Shown here: positions 13,363-24,000 of the stretch, in pieces | Numbering within the stretch: position 1 is the stretch's first letter | How the letters are laid out: every line of letters begins with the position of its first letter | Notes under the pieces: generated by a model | Told to the model about the DNA's origin: nothing | Seen by the model: the letters and a program-made list of their open reading frames with translations, nothing else | Databases searched by the model: none | DNA from: Anthoceros angustus | Lineage: Eukaryota > Plantae > Anthocerotophyta | Reading direction: 5' to 3' | Assembly (NCBI GenBank): GCA_010909165.1 | Contig: VJWM01000250.1 | Location: 1 to 64,000, forward strand | DNA length: 64,000 bases | Made by a program: the position numbers and the translations under genes

Positions 13363-13450
13363 TGCACCTACCATGGTAGGTAAGCAACCTACCATCGTAG
13401 GTAGAGGACCTACCGGGATGGGTAGGCACCTACCACCTACGCGCGTAGAA
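13363..13450. repeat. Cluster of short palindromes CCTACC-(n)-GGTAGG
   Basis: CCTACCATGGTAGG is a perfect 14-bp palindrome, followed by ACCTACCATCGTAGGT, ACCTACCGGGATGGGTAGGC and CCTACCACCTACGCGCGTAG. Confidence 0.85.
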
Positions 13451-13623
13451 GGCACAAGTATAAGGTAGGATAGGGTAGCTATATATGTCTTCTTTTAGTG
13501 GACTAAATAAATAGGCTGAAATACGAATTTAGGCAAATAGAGGCTAATTTGGGCAAATAAAAAATAGAAAAATAGGGAAAATAACACTTTAGGAATAGGC
13601 GAGTTGGGAAACTCCAACCAACG

Positions 13624-13716
13624 GTGGAAAAAGGGCCACGTGGCGTGCATCCAAGGAAGTGCGTGGAAAAAGGGCCACGTGCCGTGCATCCAAGGTGTGG
13701 CGTGCATCCACGTGGC
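13624..13716 (+). promoter_or_regulatory. ~39-bp tandem repeat carrying three G-box/ABRE cores (CACGTG) within TE sequence
   Basis: GTGGAAAAAGGGCCACGTG(G/C)CGTGCATCCAAGG twice plus a partial copy; CACGTG at 13637, 13676 and 13709; two match ACGTGGC. Confidence 0.55.
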
Positions 13717-14049
13717 AGCAGGTTTGGAAGATTTTGTTTCTAGCCTTGTTATTCACCTCTCTTTCTCACTTGCATGGAAGGTTTTTACTCTGCAGCAAGG
13801 AGGCGCGAAACTTGTGAAAGGTGCCACCACAAAAGAGGAACCTACAAAGGAGCTCAACCGCAACATTGAGATGGGCACGCGCTTGTGTGAAGGGAGAAGA
13901 AAGAGCCGCAAGATAGGAAGAAGGAGGAAATCAAGTGGAAAACTAGGAGAAGGTGAAGAGAGGAGTGGAAAAGGAAGGAGCCAAGTTGCTAGGAAGCGTG
14001 GGGGACTTGTCCAAGCTTGGGAGAGCGGCGTGAGGAGCAAGGCGAGTTA

Positions 14050-14282
14050 GAAATAGTGCAGACCGCGTTGGTTAAAGTCGACTAGACCAGACCCAATGTG
14101 GATTAGTCAAACTAGACTCAGCTAGTTGGTAGTTAGTTAACTAGCAGGCTAGTGAAAGGACACACGCCCTCGTAACCATCCTTTATAAGCCCACCTATGA
14201 ACCGAACATATTCATTGTTATTAAAGCATTTGCTTGATGCAAAACGCTTCCGCATATGCATCTCTAACTTGGTATTAGAGCC
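14050..14282 (+). mobile_element. LTR 3' end followed by tRNA-iMet primer-binding site
   Basis: TGGTATTAGAGCC at 14270-14282 (one mismatch to TGGTATCAGAGC), preceded by an AT-rich LTR-like segment with TTTATAAG. The LTR start is not defined. Confidence 0.55.
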
Positions 14283-14932
14283 ATGTGATATTTCAATGGC
14301 TTTGTTGCTAGTTTTCTTCTCTAATCAACTTAGGAAGATCAGCTAGCAACCTCATACCCAATTCTAGTTGATGAAAATGCATTTTGATATGCATTTCCGA
14401 TAGCGCATCATCATCTCGCATCATAGGCGATCCGCTAGTTTTCCATGTAGAAACTCATGTTGTCCATCATACCATTGCTAAGTGAAAATAATTAGCTTAG
14501 AACGTTCTAAGTAAAGTATTAATCATAGCTACTTTATTGATTGTTTTGATCAGTCCAATTTTCAACAAACCAAACCAATTTTTCTAAATTGATTGGTTAT
14601 GGGTTCTAGACACCCTTCTAGTTCTTGTGATACTATAAGGCAGAGTCCTTGGGACTCTAATAGGTTAATTCTGCTTAATATCTTGCTTAGGAGCTTCAGT
14701 CTACGCTCCAAAAGCCGTGACAGAATGAAAACCGGGACGTAACAGCAGGCTATTATGCTTATGGCACACCTGTAAGGGACCGCCTTCACACTGAGCTGTT
14801 CCATTACGCTCTTATGAGGCCGATTGCCTGGAGCTGCCAATCTGGTACACACACACACACACTCAAGCTCAAAAGCAGCAGCTTTCACAAGATGCTCGCG
14901 GAGAAGAAGACTGTCCTCTATGCAATGATCAA

Positions 14933-15175
14933 CAAGTGGGAGTATTGGAGATAGAATGTTGAGTCATTACTTAGGGTTTAGTTATATTCCGATATATAGT
15001 GTGCATGTATATCTAGTTTTATTTTAGCTGCTTACCCTTTCATTAGGGTTACGTCCGTTAGCCAAAGGTCATGCCTTTTTGCAATTAAGTTAAGTTTAGT
15101 TGCTTGCTTGTTTTATGTACTCTATTCTTTTATGAACATATAATAATGTAATTACTCAATACGTAATTGATCTGC
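14933..15175 (+). mobile_element. Polypurine tract plus LTR start, related to the LTR at 37.3-37.5 kb
   Basis: AACAAGTGGGAG|TATTGG. The reverse complement shares blocks (TAACCCTAA..GAAA.GGGTA, CAACATTC, ACTCCC.CTTGTTGAT.ATTGCA, TTCTTTT.TGAACAT..AATGTAATTA) with 37290-37560. Confidence 0.55.
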
Positions 15176-15189
15176 ACCTATTACATATT

Positions 15190-17399
15190 TTGTTAGCTGC
15201 ACTACCGGAGAGGAATGCCCGGACTGATCCTCGCTGCTGGATAGTCCGAAGCATTCGCCAAGTGTATGGGAGACCGGAGGAGGAGAGCTCCGGAATTGCT
15301 CTCCTTGAGAGGACAAATGGAGGGAAGAGGATTTCCCTCTCGGAAATCCCACAGGAGGTCCTCGACATGATGGATGGGGGAGTGAAGGCCCACGCCAAGA
15401 ACGGCTGGAAGACGGATAGCATCAAGGAGCTGAAGTGGAGGCTCTTTGCTAAGATTATCCTGGGGTTGGTGAATTACCAATGCACTTCCTATTTCAGCAC
15501 CAACTTCCTCCAATTTTTGTGGAAGATTTCTTGGGGGGCCAAGCCGGATTGGGGCACAATCATATATGAAGCCTACATCCATCACAGGGAGAAGCTCCTT
15601 AGGCCGAACTCCGTGGATGAAGAGGGGCCACGGCCATGTTACCTCAGCACCTATTTGGTGCACCTATGGGAGACGGAGGGGCTCTTGACCAGCAAAGAGC
15701 TTGAGGATGCTTAGCATCCTTTTGAGATCATCCACCTCCAGCCAAGCTTAGAGCGGCCTTTGCCCTTCGCTCTAAGGAAGACCATGGGAGGACAAACCTC
15801 CACAAGCGCACCAGGACCCAGGATTGAGGAGGTGGAGGCAACGAGGTTGCCGGAGTGGGAGGCCTTTCCCCCACAAGAGGAGCAAGGAGGAGGAGAGCAA
15901 AATCCGGCCATAGAGGGGCCGTGTGTCTATGAGGCGACTACCACGGTAGGGGGTACCCCAAGGGTGGGAGGAGCCCCACCATTTCGTGGGTGCCGAGGGA
16001 GGCACCGTCGGCCTACCGGGAGGCAGCCTACCAGTGAGTAGGCAAACTACCGTGGTAGGTAGCCAACCAGCTACGCGGTGAGTTCGACTCTGCGGTGGCG
16101 GGCACCCCACGTAGGCAAGCATCCTACGGCGGTAGGGAAGAAGAGGAAGGAGGGGCAGCGCGAGGCGCCGCGGGTGGCGCCTAGGCCGCCGTCACCCACG
16201 CTGGGTGGAAGGGCGGACGGAGCGACGGTGCGAGGGCCTACGCCGCCGCGCGATGGCCCAAGGAGTGCAAGGGAGCTGGAAATTTCCAGCAAGAGGCTGG
16301 CGGGGGCGGAATTGGGGCCCCAAGGGGATTTGCTGAGTGCCTGTGAGGCGCTCAGCCGTGTGGACTTGAAGGGGGCTAGGGAACTAACAGCCTCCCTATG
16401 GGCATGCTAGGAGGAGATTCGGGCAAATAAGGCCCAAGAGATGACAGAGAGAAGGGCAGGGGCCAAGTGGCAATTGGAGGCCATGGAGTCCGATGAGAAG
16501 GCAGCCAAGTTGGAGAAGGCTGTGGAAAAGCTCCAACGGGATCTTGTGGACCAGAGGAGAGCGGAGAAGGTCCTAGAGGGGAGGTTGTCCCAAACCGAGG
16601 AGAGAGCTATCCAAGCAACCACCCAACGGGACTCTGGGAGGCAAAAGGCGGAAGAGCACTTTGCCCAGCTAGAGCAGGAGCGGAGAAGGAAGACCGAAGC
16701 TCTAGGGAGGGAGAAGCGGGCGACCCAGCAAGTGGAGGCGCAGGAGCAAGTGATGGCTACTCAAGCCATCAAAATCCGGGACATGGAAGAGGAATTGCGG
16801 AGGACCCGGTACAACTTGGAAGAGAAGCGCGCGGAGCTGGAATCTCAGGACCAGCAATTGTAGGAGCTGGAACGCGAGAGGAGTGCGTGGCAAGCGGAGA
16901 AGGAAGGACTTGCCCAGCAGCTAGCAGATCTGGAGCGAAGGAGGTCCCAAGAGGGGGAGCACCACAAGAAAGTGGTGCATAGGATGCTGGTGGTGAGGAA
17001 GAGACGGTTTTGGGCGGATTATGCCCTTCAGGCGAAATTGGCCAGCCAGCTGAGGGAAGCGAGGAGGAGAATGTGACCCTCCATGTGAATGTGGGGGAAT
17101 TGACCACCTCAAGGGACGCCTATAAGGGTAGGTGTGAAGATGGAGAATGGCCCACGGAGCTCGATGACCTCCAAATGCAATATCATAGCTTGGGGGCCCA
17201 TCTCCACAACAAGATTTTGAAGGCCAATAACGAGGTGTTACGTCTGGCCAAGAGGAGGACATTGGGTTCTCATGATGATGATAGGAAGGAGCTGCAGCAG
17301 GTGCAGCCGGAGGCCTCGGATTTTGATGAGGCCACAAGTGATATGGACTCCGAGGAGTCCGAGGAAACAGGGGACGGAGTAGAGACCGCGGCGCCATGA
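15190..17399 (+). pseudogene. Disrupted accessory (non gag-pol) ORF of an LTR retrotransposon: globular N-domain, Pro/Gly/Arg linker, coiled coil, acidic tail
   Basis: Consecutive ORFs 15190-15714 (KNGWK...PDWGTIIYE...CYLSTYLVHLW), 15760-16410, 16441-16863 (E/K/Q/R heptad-rich) and 17010-17399, broken by stops and frameshifts. Architecture resembles accessory ORFs recalled from bryophyte Gypsy elements. Confidence 0.55.
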
Positions 17400-19739
17400 C
17401 TCGTCTGAAAGGTCCTTAGGTTGGGAACCAGCCTCTAAGTTGCCACCCTAGCCTTCAGTCACTGAGAAATGGAGGTCCAGGCTCAACCGAACCCTAATTT
17501 CCCCTTCCCTCCACTAGGCTTGCAATGTAGGCAAGTTGAGGGGCTTCCAATAGAGGCCTGAGTGGTCTGCCTCCACCCCCAACTGCATAGGCCGTTGCAG
17601 GTGATGCCGGACTGCCTCTTGAACTTGGGCCTCGGCTTTATTCTCCATAATCTGCCGTGTTCGTACCCTCTTGGCCTTGAAGTCCTCCTTTGTTATTATA
17701 CCCGGTACATTTGATGTGTGGACATGGAGAGAGCATGTGACGAGCCTTTTGGTGGACCTCACTGCCAGTCACCAAAAGGAGTTGATGGTGCTTGTGGCAT
17801 AAGGTTTTGGTAGAGTGTAGCTGTTATTTTCGGTATCTAGCTCTCCACATCATCGGACAACTGGTGCAACTTTGTGTTGGATTCATACCTCCAGCGTCAT
17901 TCTAGGGTTAGGTTGGATTAATTCCTCCACCGTCAGCTTGGTATTCTTTGCAACTTGGATTCATTCATTTAGAGTATGGAATCAGGATTTCCGATTCACT
18001 AGGCCCTTGCTGCCCACCAGCTCTGCTACGTCCAGCGTCACTGAGCCCGCCAAATCCTCGAATCCCGCCGACACCAACTACTTGTTGAACAATGGCACGC
18101 CTTCCACGATCCACACGGTGTCCGGGGCCGCCACATTCTTGTGCCATATGGGCCCAGGACACGGCGTCCCGCTCCACGAAGCTGGATGTAGTCGGACCAC
18201 CGCCTTTGCCGATGCAGGTGCTCGGCAGCCCAAGCTCCACATCCTCCTTGGTAGTCCCCTCTTGCCCAGCACTTGGCCAACCCGCTCGCCTTCCCCACAC
18301 AGTCGTAGCCCGGCTCTAACCTAAAGACTGCCATCTCTGCCAAAAGGATGCGCATCAGCACAACACTTGCCACTCTGCCCAACTTGGTTGCTGACATGAA
18401 ACCGCTCACCTCTTGTCACCTCCCTTCCTCCACCAGGCTCCCACTTTCGCGCTCGCATCGCCTTCATCAAACCGTATCCAAACCCTACCCAACTCGTATC
18501 CCGGTACGTGATGAAACTCCGCCGGCTTGCTTTATGATTACACGTCCATCGGTTGTCCAGTGGATGCATCACCGCGTAAACGCATGCCGACTATTTCAAG
18601 TAGTGCCGTATAATTTTAATATTTACGTTAACGGGTATGAAAATACTTTTTGTATTCATATCCCACCAAAGGGTTATTTGTGCTAATTGTATGTGATCGC
18701 CATTCACATTGATATGTGAGTGGCACATTGATATGTGGATGACGATCATGCATACGTGAATATAAGTGCTTTATTGAAAACACAGTGCGTTCATTTTGTA
18801 CTTGGATTAAATTTAACATTGAATGTCGATTTAAATCTAAGTTCTCATGAACTTGTGGTACATTTTATTGCGTATTTTTACCCTTGTTTTTTTAATCTAT
18901 GAAAAACACCCTTTTCAAAAAAATGTACAAACTTTTAGAACGCTTTTCGACGCTCTTCGTCTGTGGGCAAGAGCCGACTCTAAGCCTGAGGAGACCTTGT
19001 TCCTTATGATAGCATTGATATTGCAATAGTTCATGTGGCAACAGATGAAGAAAGACAGGAGAGTTTGCTACACTACGAAGACTATCTCCCTAGCTGTCAC
19101 GAGGGATTCAACATTTGCCAAAAAGATTGTCTAGAAGACAGTTTTGGTGAAGTTGGAAAATTTGAGGCCTGCTGTTTATCTAACTCTATAGCTAGATGGA
19201 TGGATTTAGACAGTTGATGAAGCATGGACCAATTATTCGGCTTGGGTTATTCGAAAAGACAGAGTTGAGGAAGGTGTGTTGCTCGTCCTATGCATGATCG
19301 ACCCTATCCAGTGTGACAACCAGGACAACCTTGATTAGCAAAGGTTCATGGCTAAGAAGTACATCATGGGTGGCTCAATGGAATGTGGCTAGGTTCCTTT
19401 AGCTAGTGGATGATGTGTTGTGTCTTACTCCTCCAAACGGAATCAAGTCAAGCAGCTCGGAGTAGGTTGAAGGTCAAAAGTGTGGAAGTGGTTGGAGTGC
19501 ATGTGTGGTAGAAGGCAAACTTTTTGTGTGCGATGAAGGATGAAAATGGGTAAGGATGAAAATCTTGTTTGGGGTTGCTTAGAAGACAAACTTTTTGTGC
19601 GCAAAGACAACAACATAATCAAGTTTTGTGTGGTGTGCTATAAATAAATTATTAATTATTAAACTAAATTAATTCATTACATAAGCCACAGAATACACCA
19701 CGGCAAAGCATGACACACCTCACACTCTAGCTTCCACAG

Positions 19740-19940
19740 CCTCTAAAACCTAGACCTTCTCAAGAGAAGTGTAAAGGAAGCAATAATGTTCTCTAAAGCT
19801 ATTGCCTCTAAGCCCCCTAGACCTTCTCAAGAGAAGTGTGAAGGAAGCAATAATATTCTCTAAAGCTACGGCCTCTAAGTCCCCTAGACCTTCTCAAGAG
19901 CACGGAAGAGGAAGCAATGCTGTTCTCTAAACCTACAGTC
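19740..19940. repeat. 3 x ~66-bp tandem repeat
   Basis: CCTCTAA..CCTAGACCTTCTCAAGAG...GGAAGCAAT..T.TTCTCTAAA.CTA starts at ~19740, 19805 and 19872. Confidence 0.9.
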
Positions 19941-21097
19941 TGCTTGCTGGAAACAATCCTCAATAACCATTAGGTTATGTAAATTTACTAAAGTTGATTG
20001 AGGATACCTTTTGTACGTTGGCTTGGTAGTAGGCCAAACTTGTTAACCCAGGAAGCAACCCCAAACAAGATTTTCATCCTTACCCTAGGTAGCCTCCTGA
20101 CCTGTGTTGTAGCCTACTGACGATTAACCTGAGAGTTGGGTTTTAAGTGCGCCACCGTCTGGCACTGCGCTTGATCTGCCGCCTGCACCATTAGTGCTGC
20201 TCTTCATACAAGCAATCAGTGTTACCTCGTCTGGAGGTCCAAGGGCATTGGGTATGGGGAAGTATCTGCCTGTGCTCCATCTTCTACCGGCATCACCTTC
20301 ACTGTCTGCGTCTTGTTCCCGCCTTACCCGGCCGCCTTCCTGACTTATTGGCTCGCCGCTCTGGACTCCCTTCTCAGCCAGCCTTGCTGCTGGCGGTGCA
20401 CTACAACACTCCGGGGACTCTTCGCGTTGCATCTGCGTCATACCGTTCTTCACTTCGGTGCTCATCCACTATCATCACCACTCGTCCTATAACAGTCGGA
20501 CTCGACTTTCTCTGGTTGGCCACTGTTGGCTTGCTCTTCTGTTGGCCGCCGTTCGAGTGAAAACCTTGTTGTGTCGAAGGCAGTATCGTGCGGTCCATCG
20601 GGGGCACCTGCTTGCACTCTCGGGTTTAGTAGATTTACGCCTTGCTTTTTCTGGAGTGATCACGACAAATGGTTGCTTCTTGAGGTGCTCCCCTCATTTT
20701 TCACACTCATTCTCCGCTGTCTGGTTTTCATTTCGTCGTACGTCCTTTTCAGGCCTTTGATGCTGAGGGAGAGGAGCGGCAGTTAGCTTACAATTTCATT
20801 TTTGCTTGTCACAAATCTTGTATCATCCACATTGTCTGGGGACCTGATTGCCCGTCGCCGACTGTAAACCTGGATGAGGCACGAACACATGTTTCGATCA
20901 CGATGTTGTTTTGGCGTTTGGCAATCTGTTGTTTTCACGCCTGGAAGTGGTGCTTTGGCGCAGGAGTATTTTCTGTTCTGTCCCTCTGGAAGTTTTGTTC
21001 CGTAGTGGTCGCGGATGTGATCTTACTTTGTTTGGTTTCCTTCTTAAGTGAACTGTGGTGTTGTGCTGCAGGGTTTGACTAGTCACTCGCTCTCATC

Positions 21098-24000
21098 ATG
21101 TTCGGATCTTCGAGCCGTAAGCATTCTAAGCTGCTGTTTTTCTGCAAATCTCTGTTTCGAAATTAGACAAGCCTCTAGCACTTGAGTCGGATTTTAGATC
21201 CTGCTCTGCAGATCTGTGTCGTGGGTTGGGTGTCGGCTTACCAGAGAAAGCTGGGGAAGGTGTTTTTCCCCTTCGTGCCATGTGGTCGAGTTGTGGACAC
21301 GTTAGGACATTTGTGTAGTTGGCATCCTCCGTCTGTATCAATCCCTGTTATTTATTCTGTTACCATCAGTGAACTTGCTCGCTTATTTCGGATAGCTTGG
21401 GATGTAGCTTGTTTGATTCCTGGTTTTGGTGGGTTCGTTTGCCTATTGCGTTTGCTGTGCGGTTCTCTTCCTTAGATCTAGCTGACTGTGAACTGTTTTG
21501 CAGCCTTTGGGGCATCTACTCCAAGTCCATTTGGATCTGCCGCATCCAGTTCATACCCATTCGGTTCAAGCTCATCATCAAATCCCTTTGGGGCTAGTCA
21601 AGCAGCAAATCCATTCGGAGCAAAGCCTTTCGGTGGTAGTACGTTTGGACAGACGGGATCGATCTTTGGAAGTGGGACAGCAACTAGTGTGTTTGGAGCA
21701 TCTCAGCCTGCATCGTTTGGCTCCACCACGCCCGCATTTGGTGCATCAGCATCTACACCTGCTTTTGGGAGTACAACACAGTTTGGAGGTTGGCATCCAT
21801 CTACACCTGTCATGCTTGAGTCTGCAAATGCCTAACTGGTGTTAATTAATCAACTGTTGTGATGGGATGCCATTGTTTCCAGGCACATCTGTATTTGGCC
21901 AAAAACCGCCTTCTCCGTTTGGATCATTTGGACAAACTAGCCCTGCACAAGCCAATCCGTTTGGAACTCCTAGCTTTGGACAGTCACAGTCAGCTTTTGG
22001 AGGTCAACAGTTTGGGACGGCCACGCCAGCATTTGGAGCATCGACACCATCCTTTGGAGCTAGTACAGCTCCTGCGTTTGGTGCTAGTTCCACCCCTGCG
22101 TTTGGAGCTACTACTCCTGCGTTTGGGGCAAGTTCTGCTTCAGCTTTTGGGGCCACTAGCACTCCTGCATTTGGGGCGTCCACTCCTGCTTTTGGTACCA
22201 CACCTGGCTTTGGGCAGTCGGTTTCTGCATTTGGAGCATCCACAACTCCTGCATTTGGAACTACACCAGTTTTTGGGAGTAGTGCCCCCTCTCCATTTGG
22301 TGCCCAGAGTGGATCAGCATTTGGTGAGTATGTGAGATGTCTATGTAGATTGGTAACTGTTAGGAACAGTCTACTGTTCTGTTATACTACGTCCAAAATC
22401 TGGTCATGGCTGGCTGACATTTCTCTTCTACTACTTTCACGGATTGAAGGTTGTGACCCTATTAGTTGGAGGTATCTCATTTTGGCATGGTTGCAGGGGC
22501 AGCCTCCACTCCAGCCTTTGGCACTTCTGGATTTGGAGCCACCGCTTTTGCAGGGCAACGTGGTGGTAGCAGAACCACGCCGTATTCACCAACTAACGAC
22601 CAACCTGACAGTGGAGTTGGCGGACAGCTGGGCAAGTTAATGTCCATCTCTGCTATGCCTGCATTTAAAAATAAGAGTGTGGAGGAGTTGAGGTGGGAGG
22701 ACTATCAGGCCAAAGATAAAGGTATCCTGCTCTGAATTGTAGGTAGCTTCTTCAAGGATGGTGTTTTTTCATAACATGTGCTCAAGGTTTCTCTTTCAAT
22801 TACTTCACAGCCTTCTTTTTCTCAGGGGGTCCCAGCAGTGCTGCTCATGCAGCTTCTTCAGGAAATATATTTGGGCAGCCACAGGCCCAAGCACCAGCAA
22901 GCCCATTTGCAGGAAATATGTCCTTTGGACAGTCTCAAACGCCAAATCCGTTTGCTGGTTCCACCACATCTGGTCTGTTTACTCAGACTAAACCGGCCTT
23001 TGGAGCTTCCACTAGTCCTGCATTTGGATCAGGGGGTGGGTCGTTTGGAGTTGGTTTTGGAGCCCCTTCTGTTCCATTTGGATCGCAGCCTTCAGCTCCG
23101 GCTTTTGGGGCTGGTTCCTCGTCTGCCTTTGGCATGGCCAACAATCCTTTTGGGGCTAGCACCTCAAGTTTCAGCTCTAGTGCGTTTGCGTCTTCACCGG
23201 CCTTTGGGGTATCCAACTTTGGCACTAGCAGCAGTCTGACTTTTGGATCAGTCCCCACTTTTGGTGCTCCTGCAACAGCTCCAAGTTTTGGAACATCATC
23301 ATCAACATTTGGCAGTGGGACATTATTTGGGCAGCAATCATCCATCTTCCCACCTTCATCTGCACCACCGTTTGGAGCAAGTTCTTCTGCGTTCGGGGCA
23401 CCAAGCACTCCCTCATTTGGTGGAAGCCCATTTAACAACGCGACGTCTACCATATTCTCACAATCAAAACCGGCTGGTCTTGCCTCATCCACTGTAAGTC
23501 TAGTTAGGTATTCTTCTGTGGTTTGTGCCTGTTCTGCTATGGAGTTATCGTTTGTAGTGGACCATGGTATGTTGAGGTACCCCTTTTCTAATGTTGTGCT
23601 CTGTACCCCCTTGTGGGATTCACTTGGCCTTGTGTTGAGTGTTTCCAACATTAGGTTCTCTCTCAAAAAAATTTATAAGCTCATGATACAAATTGCGTTT
23701 GTATCCTTCTCTTTGTATCCAGCCGGCATCACCTTTTGGGTCTCTAGGAACTCCCGTGCATTCAGGTGGAGCTTTCAGCTTTGCACCAAACTTTGCAGCC
23801 TCGCCTCAGCCAGGTATGGAGGCTGCTTGCCATTTTTGTTTCGTTTCTGGCTTCAGATTGCTCGCTGTAATGGAACTTTGAAGTGAAGCTCTCACATGCT
23901 ACTGAAGCTCATGTTTGCTTGTTTGCAGGAAGTTTATTTGGTGCAGCATCACCAGCTACTACATTTGGGGCGAGCAGCTTTTCACAGCAGTGAGTGTGAT

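Noticed and set aside
19035-19460. Possible Ulp1-like protease remnant (SAWVIRK...CMIDPI)
   Set aside because: Too short and stop-ridden; catalytic residues not identifiable.
20124-20786. ORFs upstream of the Nup98 ATG as a separate gene or LINE tail
   Set aside because: No convincing motif; compatible with 5' UTR/promoter sequence or unrecognisable TE debris.
22004-23666. Long antisense ORFs (79 and 227 aa) over the FG repeats
   Set aside because: Shadow frames of the repetitive FG-coding strand.
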